Positions 56,754 through 64,000 of a DNA stretch of 64,000 bases are shown here, piece by piece (the stretch's first letter is position 1; each line of letters starts with the position of its first letter). The stretch is from Candidatus Binatia bacterium (GTDB taxonomy: Bacteria; Desulfobacterota; Binatia; UBA12015), in NCBI GenBank assembly GCA_035651755.1, contig DASRFA010000050.1, positions 40,374-104,373 of the forward strand, given 5' to 3'. Position numbers and translations under genes: made by a program. The notes under the pieces are model-generated. The model was not told the origin of the DNA, made no database searches, and saw only the letters and a list, made by a program, of their open reading frames with translations.

Positions 56754-57488
56754 TCAAGGGCGCTCGCAGAGCGCGTCGACGATGGCGATCGACACTTTCG
56801 TGAGCCGAGCGACCGCGGTGCGCGTGTCGCGCCCGAGGCGAACGAGGGCGGGCACGCTCGCGGGGTGTCGCAGCACGTGGCGGAGGGCGGCGCCGATTCG
56901 TGGTCGGCCCTCCGCGTCGGTCAGCAGGAGCGCCTCGGCCGCGATCTCGGAATCCGCGTCGTCGCTGATCGAGCGCGCGCAGAGCCACGGCACGCCGGCG
57001 CGCTCGCACGCGTCCGCGATCGCCGCCGACTCCATGTCCACCGCGTCCGCTTCGTGGCGGCGCCGGAGCTCCGCCTTGTCGGCGCGCGTGAGCGCGGCGG
57101 CCGGCGCGCTCACGAGGCGGCCCGACGGACGCGGCGCGCCGAGCGCCGTCTGCGCCAGCATCGGCTGGAAGCGCGCACCGCTCGCGCCGTCGACGACATC
57201 CGCCGGCACGACGACGTCGCCCACCGCGAGCCCGCGTCGCAGCGCGCCGGCGATCCCGATCGCGAGGGCGGCGCGCGGCGCGTGCGCCCGCAGGAGCGCG
57301 TCGGTCGTCGCGCGCGCCCGCGCGAGGCCGATGCCGGTCGTCGCCGCGACGATGCGAGCGCCGCGGCGAGCCCCGTGCCAGGTGCCCGCCGCGTCGCGAG
57401 CGAGGCCGAGCCGCCTCACGAGCGGCGCCAGCTCGATCGCCAGCGCGGCCACGACGAGCAGCGGAGCCGTGCCGTCGCGGGCGGTCAC
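56754..57488 (-). CDS. Nucleoside phosphorylase-family protein (PNP_UDP_1; MTA/SAH nucleosidase or futalosine-hydrolase-like).
   Basis: Only the last 244 codons of ORF 56754..58964 are protein-like: LLVVAALAIELAPLVRRLG...DMESAAIADACERAGVPWLCARSISD. A GTG start overlaps the upstream stop in a GTGA arrangement. Confidence 0.7.
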   Translation of the reverse strand: MTARDGTAPLLVVAALAIELAPLVRRLGLARDAAGTWHGARRGARIVAATTGIGLARARATTDALLRAHAPRAALAIGIAGALRRGLAVGDVVVPADVVDGASGARFQPMLAQTALGAPRPSGRLVSAPAAALTRADKAELRRRHEADAVDMESAAIADACERAGVPWLCARSISDDADSEIAAEALLLTDAEGRPRIGAALRHVLRHPASVPALVRLGRDTRTAVARLTKVSIAIVDALCERP

Positions 57489-59041
57489 GGCGCCCCGCTG
57501 CGGCGGAGCTCGACGACGTTCCCTCCCGGGAAGGGACGCGCCGGCGCGCGCGCGAAGCCCGCGCGCTCGAGCGCCGCGAACAGCGACCGGAAGTCGGGCG
57601 ACACGCCCTTCCCGAACGCGACCACCACGCGGGTCGCGCGTGCGAGGTCCGCGACCGCGACGTCGCGCGGTGAGGTGGCGCAGGCGACGCGCGCCTCGGC
57701 GAGCGCGCGCGCGCGCCGCGCCTCGTCCGGGAAGCTCGCGCGGTCGAGGTAGTAGGCGAACGGCAGGCACTGCCACGCTGGAGCGACCACGATCGCCGTG
57801 CCGGGACCGGGCTCGGCGAACGCGACGGCCGCACGCCAGTCGGCGTTCCGCGTGCGGTGCCAGTCGAGCTGCGAGGCGGCGAGGATCGCGATCGCGAGCG
57901 CGGCGGCGGCGCGGAGCGCGCCGTGGATCGGCAGCCGGGCGAGCGCGGCGGCGACGAGCAGGAACCAGCCGAGCGAGGAGAAGAGGAGATAGCGCGTCCC
58001 GAAGGCCGGCGTCCGCTGCGAGAGCGCGTACGCGAGGGCGATCGGGACGACCGCCCACGCCGCGAAGGCGACGACCGCGACCCGCGCCGTTCCCGGCGCA
58101 TCGCCGGCGGCGACCGCGGATGGAGGCGGAGACGACGCGCGCGCTCCGCGTGCCGCGAGCAGCAGCGCGGCGCCCGCGACCGCGAGCACCGCGATCTGTG
58201 CGACGAGCGCACCCTCTCCGCCCGCGAGCTCGCCCACGACCTCGCGCGCGTCCGCGAGCGTCGGCGGCGCGAGCCAGAACGCCCCCGCGCGCGGCAGGTT
58301 CGCCAAGAGCGGTCCGATCCAGGGCGCGAAGAGCGCGAGCGCGAGGACCTGCCCGGCCGCGTAGAGCGCGACCGCACGCGGCCGCGCCCGCGCGTGGACG
58401 ACCGCCGTCGCGAGCTGCGCGACGAGCGCCAGGATCGCCGTGAAGTGCGTCCACGCTGCCGCCGCATTGACGCCGCCGAGCGCGAGGGCGGTGCGCCACG
58501 CGGGTCGCGCGAGGTTCGCGAGGAACAGAAAGTAGGAGACGGTGCAGAGCAGCCCGACGACCGCGTACGAGCGCGCCTCGCGCGCGTAGTAGAGCTCGGG
58601 CTCGGACGCCGCGAAGAGGAGCGACGCGTAGAGGGCCGCTTCGATGCCCGCGAAGCGCCGTGCGAGGAGGAAGAGCGCGGATGCCGTCGCGGCGCTGGCG
58701 ACGATGGACGGCCAGCGGAGCGCGGCCTCCGAGTCGCCCGCGAGCGCGACCCACGCCCGCATCCCGACGTTGTAGAGCGGCGGATTCTGGTCGACCGCGG
58801 CGGCCGCGACGATGTCGCGCACCGCCCGGTGCGCGAGCGCCGCGGTCCAGGCCTCGTCGAGCCAGAGGCTCCGGCTCCCGACCGCGGGCGCCTTGACGGC
58901 GAGGTGGGCGAGGAACAGAAGGAGCGCCGCGACCGCCGCGTGGCGGTCGATCGCGCCGAGCCATCGCGACGCGGCCGATCGCGTTGCGTCACCCGGCGGG
59001 TCTGCGCAGAGTGGAGCCGGCGGCGAGGAGGCTCGATCCAT
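57485..59041 (-). CDS. GT39/ArnT-like (PMT_2) membrane glycosyltransferase.
   Basis: MDRASSPPAPL..., then 12+ TM helices, with SRSLWLDEAWTA in the first loop, which is DE-motif-like. Internal ATG of ORF 57485..59098. Confidence 0.7.
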   Translation of the reverse strand: MDRASSPPAPLCADPPGDATRSAASRWLGAIDRHAAVAALLLFLAHLAVKAPAVGSRSLWLDEAWTAALAHRAVRDIVAAAAVDQNPPLYNVGMRAWVALAGDSEAALRWPSIVASAATASALFLLARRFAGIEAALYASLLFAASEPELYYAREARSYAVVGLLCTVSYFLFLANLARPAWRTALALGGVNAAAAWTHFTAILALVAQLATAVVHARARPRAVALYAAGQVLALALFAPWIGPLLANLPRAGAFWLAPPTLADAREVVGELAGGEGALVAQIAVLAVAGAALLLAARGARASSPPPSAVAAGDAPGTARVAVVAFAAWAVVPIALAYALSQRTPAFGTRYLLFSSLGWFLLVAAALARLPIHGALRAAAALAIAILAASQLDWHRTRNADWRAAVAFAEPGPGTAIVVAPAWQCLPFAYYLDRASFPDEARRARALAEARVACATSPRDVAVADLARATRVVVAFGKGVSPDFRSLFAALERAGFARAPARPFPGGNVVELRRSGAP

Positions 59042-59456
59042 GTCCGATCTCGGCTTGACGCACGTCGCTCTGTCGGTCAGCGATTCCGAGCGCAGCATCG
59101 ACTTCTACGCGCGCTTCGCGGGCATGACGGTCGTCCATCGCAGGAAGGACGACGCGACCGGCCGGAGCGTCGTCTGGCTGAGTGACCTCACGCGGCCCTT
59201 CGTGATCGTGCTGGCCGAGGTCGAGCACGTTGCGAACGAGCTGTCCGGCTTCGCGCACCTCGGGATCGGGTGTCGCGATCGCGCCGAGGTGGACCGGCTG
59301 GCGGCGCTCGCCCGCGACGAGGGCCGTCCCTGCATGGGACCCGTCGATTCCGGGTATCCGGTCGGCTACTGGGCGTTCATCGGCGATCCCGACGGACACA
59401 ACCTCGAGATCTCCTACGGACAGGAGGTCGGGCTCACGGTCGCGAGCCATCGCTAG
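59040..59456 (+). CDS. VOC-family (glyoxalase/bleomycin-resistance fold) protein.
   Basis: MSDLGLTHVALSVSDSERSIDFYARFAGMTVVHRR...FAHLGIGCRD...HNLEI. 138 aa. Its ATG overlaps the divergent glycosyltransferase ATG at a CATG tetranucleotide. Confidence 0.8.
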   Translation: MSDLGLTHVALSVSDSERSIDFYARFAGMTVVHRRKDDATGRSVVWLSDLTRPFVIVLAEVEHVANELSGFAHLGIGCRDRAEVDRLAALARDEGRPCMGPVDSGYPVGYWAFIGDPDGHNLEISYGQEVGLTVASHR

Positions 59457-59465
59457 GAGCGGCCG

Positions 59466-59939
59466 CTACGGCGCGGGCAGCGTCTCGGCGACCCGAGCGC
59501 GGTGGCTCTCGAAGGGCGGCGCGTCCTCGTCGAGGATCGTGCAGCGCCACTTGTCGCTGCCGCCGGGCGCGATCGGTTCGAGCTTCGCGGACGCGAGCTT
59601 CGCGCGCGCCTCGGGGCCGGTGAGGTCCGCGAGCGCCTCGGCCCGGCCGTTCCAGCAATCGGTCTGCGCGACCACCTTGCCGTTCGCATCGACGAGCTCG
59701 GTCTGGATCTTGACGGCGCCGATCGCCTCGCCGCTGCGGTTCGTCACGTGCCCGACCACCTGGAAGAACTTGGCGCCGTAGCCGGATTCCCACTTCGCGG
59801 ACTCGATCGCGAGCTCGGGCGCCGGCGGCGCGCCCGCTTCCGCGCCGGCCGGCGAAGCGGGCGGGGCGAGCAGCGCGCACGCCACCGCCACCGCCACCGC
59901 GACGGCGACCGCGCGTCTTCGCCTGACATGGGAGCTCAT
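59466..59939 (-). CDS. Secreted hypothetical protein of ~157 aa.
   Basis: C-terminal part of ORF 59466..61652: MSSHVRRRRAVAVAVAVAVACALLAPPASPAGAEA is a signal peptide, followed by ...KFFQVVGHVTNRSGEAIGAVKIQTELVDANGKVV.... The RBS is weak. Confidence 0.5.
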   Translation of the reverse strand: MSSHVRRRRAVAVAVAVAVACALLAPPASPAGAEAGAPPAPELAIESAKWESGYGAKFFQVVGHVTNRSGEAIGAVKIQTELVDANGKVVAQTDCWNGRAEALADLTGPEARAKLASAKLEPIAPGGSDKWRCTILDEDAPPFESHRARVAETLPAP

Positions 59940-60195
59940 GGTCGTCTCGCCGTCTACGGAGGCCGTCGCAGCGGCTCCGAGGGCAGCGGCCGCGTTACAG
60001 CGCAGAGCGTGCGCGCTGTCAATGCGCGCGGCCGGCTCGCGGGCGCACGTCGGCGCACGCGCGCGGCACGACGCGCGAGCGCCGACGTGCGGCAACCCGC
60101 TCGCACGCGACACGCGGAGCCGCAGGTTCGAGCGGAAGCTTCGGCGCCCCGCTTGCGGCTTCCTGCGCGCGGCGCACTGCGCTCGGCGACAAGCC

Positions 60196-60235
60196 GAAAA
60201 AACTGCGTCCGAATCGCAGCTTCCGCGGTTTTTTC
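60196..60235. other. Hairpin with flanking A-run/T-run in a 380-bp divergent intergenic region: GAAAAAAC-CTGCG-tccgaat-CGCAG-...-GTTTTTTC.
   Basis: Read from the sequence. On the minus strand it looks like CUGCG-AUUCGGA-CGCAG-UUUUUU, i.e. terminator-like. No annotated gene ends here. Confidence 0.35.
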
Positions 60236-60320
60236 CTCCAGTTGCGGGCGCCGCTCGCCGATCTCTCGGATGTCGGCGAGGCGAGCCTCGCCTGCCGACC
60301 GCGCGAAAGGAGACGGAAAC

Positions 60321-61004
60321 ATGAGGCGGCAAAGGGTGATCGAGGTGGTGATCGCGGCGTTCGTCTTGACGACCGCGCTCGGTGGATGGTCGATCGCGCG
60401 AGCGGACGACGGCGACGGCGAAGTCGGGCAGCACGAGGAGCCGGGCGATCCCGGCAGCCCGGGCGACGACGAGCCCAACTGCCGTCCCGCGTGCAACGAC
60501 GTTCGCCGCGTCTGCAAGCAGGCGGCGAAGACGACGTTCAAGAGCTGCATGGAAGACTGCCGCGGCTCTCTCATGCCCGAGAGCTGCTTCGCGGAGTGCA
60601 AGGCGAACCACGGCGACGTGAAGGACGGCTGCAAGTCCGATTGCCACGAGTGCAAGCGGACGTGTCCCCCTCCGGGCGACCACTCCTCGGACTGCGAGGA
60701 GGCCTGCATGGCCGACCTGCGCGAGTGCGCGGCCGGCATGAACGACGCCGGCAAGGCCTGCGCGCGCGAGTGCGCCGACGGCGCCCGCGAGGCGTTCGGC
60801 GCGTGCTTCGACAGCGACGACCCGATCCCGTGCCTCCTGGGCGTGATCCGCGACCTCTCCGGGTGCCTCGGCGAGTGCGGCAACGACCTGCGTGAGGGCG
60901 GCGAGGCGTGCAAGGAAGCGGCGGAGGCCTGCCGCGAGAACTGCAACCAGACCGGCTCGGCGAGCCGCGCGTTCCTGGACCCGCCGGCGAGCCTTCTCGA
61001 CTGA
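60321..61004 (+). CDS. Secreted cysteine-rich protein of ~227 aa with about 22 Cys.
   Basis: AAAGGAG RBS. MRRQRVIEVVIAAFVLTTALGGWSIARA is a signal peptide, followed by ...EPNCRPACNDVRRVCKQAAKTTFKSCMEDCRGS...CFAECKANHGDVKDGCKSDCHECKRTC... Confidence 0.75.
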   Translation: MRRQRVIEVVIAAFVLTTALGGWSIARADDGDGEVGQHEEPGDPGSPGDDEPNCRPACNDVRRVCKQAAKTTFKSCMEDCRGSLMPESCFAECKANHGDVKDGCKSDCHECKRTCPPPGDHSSDCEEACMADLRECAAGMNDAGKACARECADGAREAFGACFDSDDPIPCLLGVIRDLSGCLGECGNDLREGGEACKEAAEACRENCNQTGSASRAFLDPPASLLD

Positions 61005-61123
61005 CCCGCATCGGCGCGACCTCGGTGACCGGCTCGTGCTTTGGCTGACCGGTCGCCGGGGCGCGCCGCGACGGGACGCCCCGGCGGCCGTTCGGAGCGA
61101 AGCGCTCCGCGTCCGGCGGCCGT

Positions 61124-61147
61124 GCGGGGCGCCCCGCATCCATTTTT
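61124..61147 (+). terminator. Intrinsic terminator after the Cys-rich protein gene.
   Basis: GCGGGGCGCCCCGC palindrome followed by atccaTTTTTc, about 120 nt after the stop. A second hairpin CGGAGCG-aag-CGCTCCG lies at about 61093-61109, flanked by a CCGGCGGCCG direct repeat. Confidence 0.5.
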
Positions 61148-61177
61148 CGAGTCCCGGGCGATCGCGCAGCGTACGAT

Positions 61178-61990
61178 TCAGCGACGCCGGTAGCGGCGGT
61201 ACGACCAGAGACCGCTCGCCTCGCGCGCCGAGCGCGGCGCGCTCCGCGCCGGGAAGAGCCGCTCGATCGCCGCCTCGTCGAGGAACGACCCGGCGCGCAG
61301 CTCCGCGGAGAGCGGCCCCTCCTCGTAGATCGACAGCATGAGCTCGTCGACCGCGAGCGGGCTCTCGTAGAGCGGCGTCGCCGTGTGTGGACCCGCCTCG
61401 ACGACGATCGTCTGCGCGCCGCGCTCGTCGCGCAGCAGGCGGAGGGTGTCGCGCAGCCCCGGATTCTCGCGCTCCGCCACCGCGACTCCCGCCCGCTCCG
61501 CCGCGGACGCGAGGCGCGCTCCCGCGGCCGCCCCGGTGACGACGAGCACCGGGCCGCCCGCGCGGAAGAACGGGTGCGCAAAGTCCAGCGCCGCGCCCGA
61601 CGTGAGGACCACGCTGAGCGGCGGCTCGCGCTTTCCGAGCCGGCGGCGCCACGCGGCGAGCGCGGGAGCATCGAGCCCGGCCGCATCCGGCCCGTGGTGC
61701 GCGTCCGGCTCGGCGCGCAGGATCCTCCCGGTCGTCACGATCGCGTCCGCGCGCGCGCGCGCGGCGTTCAGGAGAAACCAGTCGGTCGCGCTCCGCGGCG
61801 CCGCCGGTCCGATCGCGATCGTCGCGAGCGATCCGTCGTTCGTGCGTCCGACGGCGGTGACGTGGATGACGCCCGCGTCGGCGGCGAGGTCTCCGCCGAT
61901 GCGGCGCTCTCCAGGCGACGGCGGCGGATCGCGGGGATCCGGCCCGTAGATCTCGCGGAGCCGGTGCTCGCAGTCGTCCGCGGTGGTCAC
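61178..61990 (-). CDS. RibD C-terminal-domain/dihydrofolate-reductase-like family protein.
   Basis: LSVVLTSGAALD...VLVVTGAAAG...TIVVEAGPHTATPL...VDELMLSIY matches the RibD_C pattern. 270 aa. Confidence 0.7.
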   Translation of the reverse strand: MTTADDCEHRLREIYGPDPRDPPPSPGERRIGGDLAADAGVIHVTAVGRTNDGSLATIAIGPAAPRSATDWFLLNAARARADAIVTTGRILRAEPDAHHGPDAAGLDAPALAAWRRRLGKREPPLSVVLTSGAALDFAHPFFRAGGPVLVVTGAAAGARLASAAERAGVAVAERENPGLRDTLRLLRDERGAQTIVVEAGPHTATPLYESPLAVDELMLSIYEEGPLSAELRAGSFLDEAAIERLFPARSAPRSAREASGLWSYRRYRRR

Positions 61991-62024
61991 GCGACGAGAG
62001 TTGGAGGACGACCGGCCTCTTCGC

Positions 62025-63011
<987 letters not shown>

Positions 63012-63101
63012 GGCTCACGAATGTCGCCCGGTCGAGGCCGTGTCAACGCCGCTCGCCGCGCTTGACGCACGCGCTCTCGTCGCCTCTACTCCCGCGCCGC
63101 A

Positions 63102-64000
63102 GTGGACGCCCCTTCGTCGTCACCGCCGCTCGGGCTCGCGCGCGCGGTCGTCTGGCGCCTCCTCGCGCCGGCCGCGATCGGCGCCGCGACCGGCGCGATC
63201 GTCGCCGCCGCGAGCTCGCTCACGGAAGATCGCGCGCTCGGCGCGCTGGCGTCGCTCCCCGACGGATGGCCCGCGCTCCTCTGTCCGCTCGCGCTCCTGG
63301 TGACGCTCGCGGTCGCGACCTTCGTGACGCGAGCGACGAGGCCGTCGACCGCCGAGCTCTACATCGTGACGTACCACGCCGACGTTTGCCGCCTGCCGCT
63401 CCGGCAGATCCCGGGACGGGTGCTGGCAGCGATGACGACGGTCGGGTTCGGCGGCTCGCAGGGGCTCGAGTCGCCGTCGGCGCTCACGGGGGCGGGCATG
63501 GGGGACGCGCTCGGGCGGGTCGTGGGTTCGCTGCCCGAGCAGGAGCGGCGGTCGCTCATCGTCGCGGGTGCGAGCGCCGGGATCGCGGCCGTCTTCTCGT
63601 CGCCCGGGGTGGGCATGCTGTACGGCATCGAGATCCCGTTTCGACGGGACGTCGACGCCCGCCGGCTCGTGCCGTGCGCGATCGCCGCGGCCGCCGCGTT
63701 CGCCGTCCGCGACGCGCTCGTGGGCGCGCGCCGCATCGCGGTGCTCGAGTCGACGCCGGTCGTCGATGCGACGTTCGCCCTCGGGGTCGCGCTGGTCGCG
63801 ATCGGATGCGGCGTCGGCGCGCGCCTCTTCGCCGAGACCGGCGAATGGCTGAAGGGCCTCGCGCGCGGCGGGACGCCGCTCGGGCGCGCGGTCGTCGCGG
63901 GGGCGGTCCTGGCGGGGCTCGCCTGGACGGGGCACGCGCTCACCGGCTCGTGGATCACGTTCGGCCCGGGCTACGTCGCGTCGGACTGGGTGCGGCACGG
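63102..64000 (+). CDS. ClC-family chloride channel/transporter, N-terminal ~300 aa only; the gene continues past the window edge.
   Basis: The open frame contains GFGGSQGLESPSALTGAGMG and GASAGIAAVFSSPGVGMLYGIEIP, which are ClC selectivity-filter-region motifs. The start codon (GTG at ~63102) is uncertain. It is absent from the ORF track because no stop lies in the window. Confidence 0.7.
   Translation, partial: MDAPSSSPPLGLARAVVWRLLAPAAIGAATGAIVAAASSLTEDRALGALASLPDGWPALLCPLALLVTLAVATFVTRATRPSTAELYIVTYHADVCRLPLRQIPGRVLAAMTTVGFGGSQGLESPSALTGAGMGDALGRVVGSLPEQERRSLIVAGASAGIAAVFSSPGVGMLYGIEIPFRRDVDARRLVPCAIAAAAAFAVRDALVGARRIAVLESTPVVDATFALGVALVAIGCGVGARLFAETGEWLKGLARGGTPLGRAVVAGAVLAGLAWTGHALTGSWITFGPGYVASDWVRH

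Noticed and set aside
56754-58964. 736-aa ORF fusing the nucleosidase with upstream sequence.
   Set aside because: The upstream 490 aa are R-rich junk antisense to or out of frame with the GT39-like gene. The real gene starts at the GTG at 57488.
60196-60235. Hairpin and T-run called as a bona fide terminator.
   Set aside because: No annotated gene ends at this position on either strand. It is kept only as an unexplained structured element.
59466-61652. 728-aa minus-strand ORF.
   Set aside because: Only the C-terminal 157 aa, a signal peptide plus a small domain, look real. The remainder is antisense to the Cys-rich protein gene.
63298-63304. Apparent ±1 coordinate discrepancies between my reading of the printed sequence and the ORF track near a few line junctions.
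   Set aside because: Attributed to my own transcription error when reading line breaks. CDS coordinates were therefore anchored to the ORF track by codon counting rather than to my hand positions.

Overview
The window is about 72% GC and is densely packed with roughly 55 protein-coding genes on both strands. No rRNA, tRNA, CRISPR array, transposase or integrase was recognised, so no mobile element is called. The content looks like a chromosomal accessory or housekeeping mix from a myxobacterium-like deltaproteobacterium; the giant secreted protein at 12698-15718 carries PD40 β-propeller repeats plus 'Myxococcus cysteine-rich' repeats that are typical of Myxococcota.

Recognisable genes:
- Two aldo-keto reductases.
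- Two short-chain dehydrogenase/reductase (SDR) family oxidoreductases.
- Two amidase-signature amidases.
- A 2-isopropylmalate synthase (leuA) translationally coupled to a CorA Mg2+ transporter.
- Several alpha/beta hydrolases, including dienelactone-hydrolase-family and lipase-like members.
- A GH31 glycosidase lipoprotein.
- A flavin amine oxidase and an FAD-dependent oxidoreductase.
- An Fpg/Nei DNA glycosylase and an AlkB-like dioxygenase.
- An enolase-superfamily racemase/epimerase.
- Two cytoplasmic or hybrid sensor histidine kinases.
- A TetR regulator.
- A large wHTH-STAND NTPase-TPR regulator.
- A wax-ester synthase/diacylglycerol acyltransferase (WS/DGAT).
- A DoxX membrane protein and an AI-2E transporter.
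- Three large polytopic GT39/YfhO-like membrane proteins, one of them in an operon with a nucleoside-phosphorylase-family protein.
- A ClC channel, partial at the right edge.
- Many secreted or lipoprotein hypotheticals.

I could not identify a canonical defence system. The most interesting non-obvious signals are:
1. A classic leucine-codon leader peptide with an intrinsic terminator upstream of leuA, i.e. a transcription attenuator.
2. A perfect 14-bp-arm palindrome that buries the start codon of the amidase at 11241-12644.
3. Low-GC islets carrying a frameshifted small secreted Cys-rich ORF at 2585-3003 and a degraded gene remnant at about 23860-24700.
4. A three-gene locus at 49488-51442 of secreted proteins: a LolA-like DUF2092 protein, a tandem-repeat Gly/Trp-rich protein and a small cysteine-rich-repeat protein.
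5. Operator-like repeat arrays in the TetR and STAND-regulator promoter regions.

Coordinates for CDSs are anchored to the supplied ORF track by codon arithmetic. Hairpin coordinates are read from the sequence and may be off by ±2 nt.
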